Assembly (NCBI GenBank): GCA_947589035.1
Contig: CANPYZ010000007.1
Coordinates: 13,199-77,198 of the forward strand
Length of the DNA stretch: 64,000 bases
Direction of reading: 5' to 3'
DNA from: an uncultured Clostridia bacterium
GTDB lineage: Bacteria; Bacillota; Clostridia; Oscillospirales; Ruminococcaceae
Shown here in pieces: positions 9,031 through 16,437 of this stretch. Numbering within the stretch: the first letter of the stretch is position 1; each line of letters opens with the position of its first letter. The position numbers and the translations under genes were made by a program. The notes below the pieces were generated by a model. It was not told the origin of the DNA. It did no database searches and saw only the letters and a list, made by a program, of their open reading frames with translations.

Positions 9031-9082
9031 GAATACAGAATCATTCAGATGAAAGGAGTAGCTGCTTTAAATCATTCCATGA

Positions 9083-10240
9083 TTGAGCAGCAGAATATTT
9101 ATGCCCGATTTTGCTATTCTTCCGCCCGAACAACAGCGGAAAATATTATTAGAACTCGTTCAGCACTTCTGCCCCGGTGCAATCTGGGAAGGCGATACTT
9201 TGCATTATACCCGCTGTGCGCTGCATGTTGATTTGGAATTTGGACGGACAAGCAGTCATAATGACCAGTACAGCGCACAAATTTTATTTATTTTAAGGCA
9301 TGATTGGTTTGATGAAGATTTAGTGGAATCCTGCGCCAGTTCCGGTTCTTCTCTCGAAAACGCCATGAAAGCCTGTGCGGAAGAATTTGCGCAAGGTGTT
9401 CTGCAATCTGTGCTGACTTCCCTTGAACATTCCGGAACGGAAACTTTAACGGCGGAAATCATTCACCGGAAATATGTATTTCACTGCCCTGACAATCCAA
9501 TTATTCTTCATAAAGGGAAAACTCCCCCTGTTGACCTTTTCGGCGTAGTCCGGAACAAACTGCCGGAATATTTAGGCACAAAAAAAGTTTACTGGGTGAA
9601 ATTATTTTCCGCTGACCTCGGAAATTCTCAGATTTGTGAAGCACGTATTAACGGCACGCTTTACCCTGATTTGACAGACTGCCTTTATGAGGAAATTTTT
9701 TCCCGAAAAACACATGAAATCAGCATTGATAAAACGTTTTTCCTGTTCATTCAGGACGAATCCACATTCAAGCCCTGCCCTTTTTCTAAACAAGATGTTG
9801 GTGATTTAACTTTCCTCGCCTTAGACCAGCTTATGTCAATCAAAGATGAAGTTTCCCGCCAGAAAGCTTTTCAGGAAATTCACAAACTCGCTCCGGATTA
9901 TTCCATTGCAGTGGAATTAACCTGTTTCATTCCGGAAATTGCTGCACAACTAATTGTAAATTTTCGGGATAATGATTCGTTAATTCCTGTTTTCAATTAC
10001 GGAAGTCCGGAATTTACATTAAAAAAATCTCAAGTGCGCAGTTTCGGGTATATTGCCGACGCTGTCGAACAATTTTTCCGGAAATACCGCCCGTCACAGG
10101 AAGAACTTGATGCTTTACTCCGGATTAGCTCGAAATTCGAAACGATTTCCAGAGCGTTACAGGACAAAAACGTGAAAATTGAAAATCTCCGCTTGTCGCA
10201 ATTGGTTTATTTCGTGAATCAGCAATATCAAGTCTGGTAA
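9083..10240 (+). CDS. Hypothetical cytoplasmic protein with no domain recognisable by eye
   Basis: 385-codon ORF with its own promoter and terminator. The start is ambiguous: a TTG at 9083 or the ATG at 9101 (MPDFAIL), both with poor spacing from the AAAGGAG at 9051. No signal peptide and no dockerin. Confidence 0.55.
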   Translation: MSSRIFMPDFAILPPEQQRKILLELVQHFCPGAIWEGDTLHYTRCALHVDLEFGRTSSHNDQYSAQILFILRHDWFDEDLVESCASSGSSLENAMKACAEEFAQGVLQSVLTSLEHSGTETLTAEIIHRKYVFHCPDNPIILHKGKTPPVDLFGVVRNKLPEYLGTKKVYWVKLFSADLGNSQICEARINGTLYPDLTDCLYEEIFSRKTHEISIDKTFFLFIQDESTFKPCPFSKQDVGDLTFLALDQLMSIKDEVSRQKAFQEIHKLAPDYSIAVELTCFIPEIAAQLIVNFRDNDSLIPVFNYGSPEFTLKKSQVRSFGYIADAVEQFFRKYRPSQEELDALLRISSKFETISRALQDKNVKIENLRLSQLVYFVNQQYQVW

Positions 10241-10253
10241 AATCAATTAAAAC

Positions 10254-10278
10254 AGCCCCTTAACAGGGGCTATTTTTG
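10254..10278 (+). terminator. Rho-independent terminator
   Basis: AGCCCCTtaacAGGGGCT followed by ATTTTTG. Confidence 0.75.
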
Positions 10279-10317
10279 TCGAAAATACACAAAATTAAAT
10301 TTTTTTCTGAAAATACT

Positions 10318-10346
10318 TGATTTTTTCGGAAAAACATGCTATGATA
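10318..10346 (+). promoter_or_regulatory. sigma-A promoter, TTGATT-17 bp-TATGAT
   Basis: TTGATT at 10318-10323 and TATGAT at 10341-10346. Confidence 0.55.
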
Positions 10347-10418
10347 GACTATAGCGGTTTAATGCGTGAACGCTTTAAACCGGTAAATTATTTTTTAAAT
10401 TGGAGGCATATTGCAAAC

Positions 10419-11396
10419 ATGGAACGTAAAGGCAATTTAATGACTTACCGACCGGATATTAAAGTATTCGATGCGACCATTCGTGACGGCGGTCTGGTGA
10501 ATAATTTTTATTTTACAGATGAATTTGTTAAAGCTCTTTATTTAGCGAATCTCTGCGCCGGTGTGGATTATATGGAAATGGGCTATCTCGCTGATACAGA
10601 TGCTTTTCCGGTGGAAAATTTCGGCGACTGGAAATTCTGCAAAGAAGAAAATCTTCGCCGAATCGTGGGAAATAATGACACAGAATTAAAACTTTCCGTT
10701 ATGGCAGATGTCGGAAGAGCTAATCTTCAGCGTGACCTTCTCCCGAAACAAGACAGCGTTTTAGATATGGTTCGTGTGGCGACGTATATTAACACAATGC
10801 CCACAGCAATTGAAATGATTGAATATGCGGACAGTCTCGGTTACGAAACAACATGTAATATTATGGCGATTTCTAAAGCAAGAACAGAAGATATTGAAGA
10901 AGCTCTCCGCTTGCTTGCGAAATCTCCGATTAAGACTGTTTACATTGTGGACAGCTACGGCGCACTCTTCCCTGAACAAGTGCAATTCTTAACGAAAATG
11001 TATTTGGAATATATGGAACCCGTCGGAAAATTAGTCGGCATTCATGCACATAATAATCAGCAAATGGCTTTTGCCAATACTGTGGAAAGCTGCTCCATGG
11101 GCGCAAGTTTCCTCGATGCAACTGTCGGCAGTATGGGCAGAGGTGCCGGAAATTGTGCAATGGAACTTTTACTCGGATTCCTGAAAAATCCTAAATATAA
11201 TTTAACACCAATTTTAAAATTCTATCAGGAACATATTTTGCAACTGAAACAGGACGGCTTGAAATGGGGCTATGATGTGCAGTATCTCCTTACCGGAAAA
11301 ATGAACCTGCACCCCTCTTCCGCTATCAATTTCACGAAAGAAAACAGAACGGATTATGCTGATTTCTATCATCAATTATTTGATTTAGAACCATAA
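10419..11396 (+). CDS. HMGL-like / pyruvate-carboxyltransferase (DRE-TIM metallolyase) family protein, putative aldolase
   Basis: Start at ATG 10419 (MERKGNLMTYRPDIKVFDATIRDGG...), 12 nt after GGAGG. The 'DATIRDGG' motif corresponds to DxTLRDG of the LeuA/DmpG/HMG-CoA-lyase TIM-barrel family. Confidence 0.5.
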   Translation: MERKGNLMTYRPDIKVFDATIRDGGLVNNFYFTDEFVKALYLANLCAGVDYMEMGYLADTDAFPVENFGDWKFCKEENLRRIVGNNDTELKLSVMADVGRANLQRDLLPKQDSVLDMVRVATYINTMPTAIEMIEYADSLGYETTCNIMAISKARTEDIEEALRLLAKSPIKTVYIVDSYGALFPEQVQFLTKMYLEYMEPVGKLVGIHAHNNQQMAFANTVESCSMGASFLDATVGSMGRGAGNCAMELLLGFLKNPKYNLTPILKFYQEHILQLKQDGLKWGYDVQYLLTGKMNLHPSSAINFTKENRTDYADFYHQLFDLEP

Positions 11397-11417
11397 TTTC
11401 TTTAACTTCTCTCATCT

Positions 11418-11462
11418 TGGCAAAACTGACTTTGTGAATTTGTTCAAAGTCAGTTTTGTTTT
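11418..11462 (+). terminator. Rho-independent terminator
   Basis: CAAAACTGACTTTGtgaatttgttCAAAGTCAGTTTTG (14-bp stem) followed by TTTTTT. Confidence 0.8.
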
Positions 11463-11513
11463 TTACAAAAATTTTCTGATTTTGTGTAAATTGCCTGATT
11501 TTCCCATAAATAC

Positions 11514-11542
11514 TTGACGAAACAGGAAATTTTCTGTATAAT
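11514..11542 (+). promoter_or_regulatory. sigma-A promoter, TTGACG-17 bp-TATAAT
   Basis: TTGACG at 11514-11519 and TATAAT at 11537-11542. AAAGGAG RBS before the ATG at 11584. Confidence 0.65.
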
Positions 11543-11583
11543 AAAAGTAGAATTAAATTTTAAATTAAAAAAGGAGTTTTTTC

Positions 11584-12618
11584 ATGAATTATCGAATTGC
11601 CGGAATTTTAGTCACTTTACTTTCTGCCGGATTGCTATGTCAATCGGCTTTCCCCGTTCGGGCTTCTTTGTCTAAAGATATGGACATCAGCCAGAACGGC
11701 ATAGAATTTATTTGCGGTTTAGAGGGATTCAGTTCAACTTGCTATTGGGATTCTTCACAGTCTTCCATTGGATACGGCACAAAATGCACGGGGTCTTCCG
11801 TTCAGCCGCACAAAACGGGTTTACATTCCATTACCAAAGAAGCTGCCATGAACGCTATGCGTTCTGGCATTCAGAATAATTACATGCTGAAAGTCCGTAA
11901 CCAGACACAAGGTCTTGACTTAAATCAAAATCAGTTTGATGCATTAGTTAGCCTTGCGTATAATTGCGGCGGCGGATTGAACAGAATTTATAACAGCCCT
12001 TTAACAAAATATCTCCGTGGGGAACTTTCCGCTACAGACGCAAGAAATCAATATAGCAATTATATTGTTTACTCCGGCGGAAAACGTTTGCAGGGATTAG
12101 TCAACAGAAGAAATAAAGAAGCGAATTTATTTTTTTCACAAGTAAATGAAACCATGAAAAAGCCTTCCGTGGCAAGTATTGCCGTTCAGGGAGAACGGAC
12201 AGCCTTCACAACAGAAGAACCAGTGATTTTCACATTAAATTCCGATTCCGGAACAACGTATTATCTCGGCATTGATTACGAAGGGGAACGCTTGCTTACG
12301 CCTAAAGTTGCGGAAGGGAATACTTACATTCACATGTTCGACCAATGCGGGCATTACAGCGTTTACGTTTCGGCGTATAATTCATTCGGATTTGTCGATA
12401 GTCCACGCATTGAATTTGATGTTGTTCCCGCCGGAGATGTCAACGCTGACCAGCAAATCAACACGGAAGATTTACAGATTATGCAGAATTATCTTCAGGG
12501 CAATTATGCATTCACGGTATCGCAGGAAAAAATTGCTGACCTTAATCAGGACAATATCTGCAATATTTTTGATTTCGTTTCACTGAAACAAAAACTTCTT
12601 GCTGAACGTCAATCATAA
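11584..12618 (+). CDS. Secreted GH24 (phage/T4-type) lysozyme-like muramidase fused to an Ig-like domain and a C-terminal dockerin
   Basis: Signal peptide, then 'IEFICGLEGFSSTCYWDSSQSSIGYGTKCTG', which matches the GH24 block 'EG..L.AY.D..G.WTIGYGHT'. C-terminal 'AGDVNADQQINTEDLQIMQNYLQG...ADLNQDNICNIFDFVSLKQKLL' is a dockerin. Confidence 0.65.
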   Translation: MNYRIAGILVTLLSAGLLCQSAFPVRASLSKDMDISQNGIEFICGLEGFSSTCYWDSSQSSIGYGTKCTGSSVQPHKTGLHSITKEAAMNAMRSGIQNNYMLKVRNQTQGLDLNQNQFDALVSLAYNCGGGLNRIYNSPLTKYLRGELSATDARNQYSNYIVYSGGKRLQGLVNRRNKEANLFFSQVNETMKKPSVASIAVQGERTAFTTEEPVIFTLNSDSGTTYYLGIDYEGERLLTPKVAEGNTYIHMFDQCGHYSVYVSAYNSFGFVDSPRIEFDVVPAGDVNADQQINTEDLQIMQNYLQGNYAFTVSQEKIADLNQDNICNIFDFVSLKQKLLAERQS

Positions 12619-12635
12619 ATTTAGTAAAAAACAAA

Positions 12636-12662
12636 GCACCGGAAAACTTCGGTGCTTTTTAA
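12636..12662 (+). terminator. Rho-independent terminator
   Basis: AGCACCGgaaaacttCGGTGCT followed by TTTTT. Confidence 0.7.
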
Positions 12663-12711
12663 TTTGTTATTCTGCACAAAAAATTAAGTTTAAATTCAGG
12701 GATAATGCCAA

Positions 12712-12740
12712 TTGGCAAAACATCAAAAACATGCTATAAT
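12712..12740 (+). promoter_or_regulatory. sigma-A promoter, TTGGCA-17 bp-TATAAT
   Basis: TTGGCA at 12712-12717 and TATAAT at 12735-12740. Confidence 0.55.
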
Positions 12741-12795
12741 TATCTTAAAAACAGTTCCGAAATAATTAAACTAAATTAGAAACGGGTGATGTGTC

Positions 12796-13389
12796 ATGAA
12801 AAAAAATAAACTTCTCTGCTATGTGTTGAGTTTCACTTTGGGGTTATCTTTGTTCATTCCTTCTGCACTTGCCGTGAATGCCGAAGAATTAACCGATTCT
12901 TCTTCCGAAACTGAAAATTCTTCAATGAGTCATGAAGCATTGAGATTTGAAGTAGATTCTGTCAGCGGTTATGCCACTGTTACTGAAATCTTCCGTGTTT
13001 ACGGCATTGGCGATAATGATATTGAATACACTATTGCTGATGAAACAATTGCTGAAGTAGTTGAAGACACTGACGAAAATTATCTTGGAATTGCTCTTCT
13101 TAAAGCAGGAACAACAACTTTATCCGCTAAAACTTCCGATGGACGAACAGCCGAAATAGACATCACTGTCTTAGAAGAAGAACCTACTGTTTGCGTAACA
13201 TGGGGCGACTTAACCGGGGATACCTCGTTCGATTTGGCAGATGTGATATGTTTGCAGAAATTTTTACTTGGATATGATGTTCAGATTGTCAATATAAGCG
13301 AAGCGGATTTTAATCGTGACGGACAAATCAATATTTTTGATTTATGCGCACTGAAACAAGAACTGATTCGTTTCACGGGTTGGCATTGA
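12796..13389 (+). CDS. Small secreted Ig-like (Big_2-type) domain protein with C-terminal dockerin
   Basis: Signal peptide MKKNKLLCYVLSFTLGLSLFIPSALA. The 'TVTEIFRVYGIGDNDIEYTIADETIAEVVED...LSAKTSDGRTAEIDITV' segment looks like a Big_2 fold. Dockerin 'GDLTGDTSFDLADVICLQKFLLG...DFNRDGQINIFDLCALKQELI'. The 3' end sits in a degenerate copy of the preceding gene's 3' end. Confidence 0.65.
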   Translation: MKKNKLLCYVLSFTLGLSLFIPSALAVNAEELTDSSSETENSSMSHEALRFEVDSVSGYATVTEIFRVYGIGDNDIEYTIADETIAEVVEDTDENYLGIALLKAGTTTLSAKTSDGRTAEIDITVLEEEPTVCVTWGDLTGDTSFDLADVICLQKFLLGYDVQIVNISEADFNRDGQINIFDLCALKQELIRFTGWH

Positions 13390-13440
13390 AACAAAAACTT
13401 CTTGCTGAACCCAGCAATCATAAACTTCAGCAAAAAAGCT

Positions 13441-13472
13441 CCGGCATTCACCGGAGCTTTTATTCATCAAAC
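13441..13472. repeat. 32-bp direct repeat (copy 1) that is itself a bidirectional terminator hairpin
   Basis: CAAAAAAGCTCCGGcattcaCCGGAGCTTTTA is identical to 15002-15033. Confidence 0.85.
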
Positions 13473-14911
13473 ATTCGTGGCGTAATAATACAGTCACAAT
13501 GCTTTTGTTCTGCTTGCGGTTCACAAAGTTCCCTGCCCACAGAATTTTCATAAATAAATTGATAATAGGGAACGCATTCTATATCTCCCTGAAATCCGCT
13601 TTTATCTTTTGTTAAAAGAACTTTTCTATATCCTTCCGGAAGAAGATTAAAATTCGTTGCAGAAGTTTTTTTGTTCGATACGGAAATTTCAATTGCTGTA
13701 AATTGACTGTTGCTGACATAGTCAATTTCTTTTTCCTGTGCATCATGGTATTCAAAACAGCCTGTTTCCGGCAAAAGCCCCCTGACATGACATTCAACAA
13801 TACTGCCAAGAAGCGGTTTTGGCAATATAGACGGCATTTGTTCTTTCAATAAAGATTTTATCATATCTACATAAAACATCGGATATTTTATACAAATATT
13901 GATTCTTTCCATGATTTCAGTCTTTGAAACTGTATCTTTGAAATCTGACAGAATATTTTGACAGATATATGGATTTACTGAAAAATCATCTGTAACATAT
14001 GTAATTGTAATCAATCCGCAATTCGTCAGAAATTGCAGACACTGTTTCAATTGACAAGGATTCATATTTTTAAAATTTGTATATCTTTTTCTCATGATTA
14101 TGCCAATTTCTTTCAGAAAATTTTCATTGCCGATTTGAGAATAACTTTCCGGAAAATAATGCCTGAATGTTTCCTGAAAATATTCACGCCGAACAAATGA
14201 CGGATAATTTACATGATTATGCAAAGTAACTAAAGAAGAATACAACACATCAAGAAGCATATCTACTGTAATTTCCGAACAGTCATTCCCGAAAATCATT
14301 TCCGCCGCCTTATGATTGGAAATTACTGTTTCTTCTAAACAGCCTTTCAAATACTCTTTTATACTTGTAAATTCAGGATAAAATTCTCTCGTTCCTTTGA
14401 TAAAATCACTATATGTCTGCGCTGATACTTCTGCAACTCCTTGATATGCAAGCCATTCCGGATAACTCAAAAAGTCCGCCTGCACAAAAGAAGCATTTCC
14501 GGCAAATGCCCGATGTCCCCATGAATCTAACGCTTTTGACTGACTTCCTGCAAAAACTACTCTTGTATGATGATTTTTCACTTCTGAAAATGCATCAGCA
14601 ATTTCTTCTATTGTTCTGTCCGGAAAATCAAGATATGTCGCTTCATCAATCAAATAAATTATTGCTTTGTCGTTCTCTATGTCAGATACTATTTTCTTCA
14701 CGAACAAAATTTTATCCATAGCACTTTCGAAATCTTTTTTCATGTCTACATACACAGTATCTGAAAATTGACTTGCTATTTGTTTCATGCAAATAGTTTT
14801 ACCGCATTTTCTCGCACCTAAAATAAAACTTACACAACTGTCCTGTAACGCTTTTTCCACGGCATAATAAAAACTTCTTCTAAACGGATATTGTTTTGAA
14901 ATATTGTCCAT
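13460..14911 (-). CDS. AAA+ superfamily ATPase (COG1373 / AAA_14 + DUF4143-type)
   Basis: Walker A 'GARKCGKT' and Walker B 'IIYLIDEATY'. Size and layout fit COG1373 ATPases. GC is visibly lower than the neighbours. Own promoter TTGACA-17 bp-TATAAT (rev-comp of 14941-14969) and AAAGGAGA RBS. Confidence 0.7.
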   Translation of the reverse strand: MDNISKQYPFRRSFYYAVEKALQDSCVSFILGARKCGKTICMKQIASQFSDTVYVDMKKDFESAMDKILFVKKIVSDIENDKAIIYLIDEATYLDFPDRTIEEIADAFSEVKNHHTRVVFAGSQSKALDSWGHRAFAGNASFVQADFLSYPEWLAYQGVAEVSAQTYSDFIKGTREFYPEFTSIKEYLKGCLEETVISNHKAAEMIFGNDCSEITVDMLLDVLYSSLVTLHNHVNYPSFVRREYFQETFRHYFPESYSQIGNENFLKEIGIIMRKRYTNFKNMNPCQLKQCLQFLTNCGLITITYVTDDFSVNPYICQNILSDFKDTVSKTEIMERINICIKYPMFYVDMIKSLLKEQMPSILPKPLLGSIVECHVRGLLPETGCFEYHDAQEKEIDYVSNSQFTAIEISVSNKKTSATNFNLLPEGYRKVLLTKDKSGFQGDIECVPYYQFIYENSVGRELCEPQAEQKHCDCIITPRMFDE

Positions 14912-14940
14912 TCAGATTCTCCTTTCTATTTTATATTTTA

Positions 14941-14969
14941 ATTATAATACTTTTCTTGAAAAATGTCAA
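14941..14969 (-). promoter_or_regulatory. sigma-A promoter of the AAA+ ATPase gene
   Basis: Minus strand reads cTTGACAtttttcaagaaaagtatTATAATtaaaat with 17-bp spacing. Confidence 0.65.
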
Positions 14970-15001
14970 GTAGTTATTTTCCGTCTGTTTGATGATATTC
15001 A

Positions 15002-15033
15002 CAAAAAAGCTCCGGCATTCACCGGAGCTTTTA
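15002..15033. repeat. 32-bp direct repeat (copy 2) / bidirectional terminator
   Basis: Identical to 13441-13472. Serves as the terminator for the minus-strand gene ending at 15048. Confidence 0.85.
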
Positions 15034-15047
15034 AGTTGACAATCAAT

Positions 15048-15938
15048 TTAACTCTTAATTTCATCAAAAGAATCCACAATGCCAACAATTTTTTTCATAA
15101 TATTAAGGGAATCACTTGCATCAACTACGCCATCGCTGTTTACATCAGCACAACCTTTTGCATAAGCATTAAATTGAAATTTCCCTAAAATATTTCTGTT
15201 GACGAGAACAACATCAAGGATATCTACATTGTCACTGTTATCCACATTGCCTTTATCATAGAAATCAATTCCTAAAGCAGAAAGTCTGCTTTCTATGGAA
15301 TGAAAATCCATGAAATCATTAGAAGCTGAATAATCCGTCCCACCATTACTTATTGTAGCATAGTACAATACTTTTTTGAAATCTTCTCCTAACAACTCAA
15401 CGCCATTACCATAATTTGTAAAAGTCGGCGAACCAAACAATTCTTTAGCACCCAAAAGTTCATTTTCAAAATCTTCTGGATATGGGTACAATTGAAAACT
15501 TTCTCCCCAATCATCATATTGTTCAACTTTTACTAAATCTCCCGGTTTTGGCATCTCGCCTTTCAACCCTAACAACACATTTTCCTGACTAATTTCTTTC
15601 ATCACATAACGACTTCCAGTATTCAGTAAGGGCTGTAAGAGATATTTAACAGGTTCATCGCCATTATAGGCTACATTCGTAACCATGTAGTTTGCATCAA
15701 CAACATCTGTTACTACTGCTCCATTATAATAGCTAATTCCTTTTGCAGGATTATTGTCTATATAATGCTCACTGTAACTGGCTTTAAACAAGTCAGATTC
15801 AATACTGATAACTTTACAAGGATATCCAGAATATCCGTAATCTTCTTCATTCACATTTATCCACACGTTTTCTTCCTTGAGCGTTGCAGCGGAAGTATTC
15901 AAGGATACCATCGACAGACATGTTACACAAACAGTCAA
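15048..15938 (-). CDS. Secreted dockerin protein of unknown catalytic function; N-terminus disrupted or alternative start
   Basis: C-terminal 'GNVDNSDNVDILDVVLVNRNILGK...VNSDGVVDASDSLNIMKKIVGIV' is a type-I dockerin. The track start is a TTG at 15938. In frame upstream lie 14 codons with a signal-peptide n-region (VIRKKKFKVISA), then a TAA, then a second signal-peptide-like stretch MKLLKKLAAGCIAATCLCASVMAI (ATG at 16055). Confidence 0.6.
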   Translation of the reverse strand: MTVCVTCLSMVSLNTSAATLKEENVWINVNEEDYGYSGYPCKVISIESDLFKASYSEHYIDNNPAKGISYYNGAVVTDVVDANYMVTNVAYNGDEPVKYLLQPLLNTGSRYVMKEISQENVLLGLKGEMPKPGDLVKVEQYDDWGESFQLYPYPEDFENELLGAKELFGSPTFTNYGNGVELLGEDFKKVLYYATISNGGTDYSASNDFMDFHSIESRLSALGIDFYDKGNVDNSDNVDILDVVLVNRNILGKFQFNAYAKGCADVNSDGVVDASDSLNIMKKIVGIVDSFDEIKS

Positions 15939-16402
15939 TGCAGAAATTACCTTAAATTTCTTTTTCCTAATAACTCCCCCTTAAATTGCCATAACAGAGG
16001 CACATAAACATGTTGCGGCAATACAACCAGCAGCAAGTTTTTTCAGCAATTTCATAAGAATTTAATTTATATACGTATTATAGCAACTCTTTTTTCATTT
16101 GTCAAGGGGTTTTCTGAAAAAATTTTCCTGTTTTTTTAAATTTAGCATAATGAACAAATTTTAGTTTTGCTATTTGTTCATATAGCCAATCAAAATTTTC
16201 AAAAAGCAATTTTTCGCTATAATTAGCCATATATTGAAAAAGGTGACAGTCGATGACGGTCATTTCCAAAACTTTCTATAGCACTAATTTTCTGAAAATT
16301 TCAGCCCTAAAGGGGTTTTATATATTGACTGTCACCGACCGTCACCCATTAACGAAATCGGCGATATTAAGCCGGAATTGCATTTTCTTAACATTCACAA
16401 AA

Positions 16403-16430
16403 AACTCCTGTAAATTTCTTTACAGGAGCT
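16403..16430 (-). terminator. Rho-independent terminator of the LRAT-like gene
   Basis: CTCCTGTAAAtttcTTTACAGGAG with a T-run on the minus strand. Confidence 0.75.
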
Positions 16431-16437
16431 TTCAATT

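Noticed and set aside
9019-9231. 70-aa ORF in an alternative frame at the start of the 9083 gene, with two in-frame ATGs near the AAAGGAG
   Set aside because: It is short and its frame terminates inside the clearly longer 385-codon ORF. It is kept only as a note that the true start of the long gene is uncertain.
13344-13553. 69-aa ORF 'ALKQKLLAEPSNHKLQQKSSGIHRSF'
   Set aside because: It is a ghost copy of the last about 40 bp of gene 11584-12618 plus the terminator repeat. It is a rearrangement remnant, not a gene.
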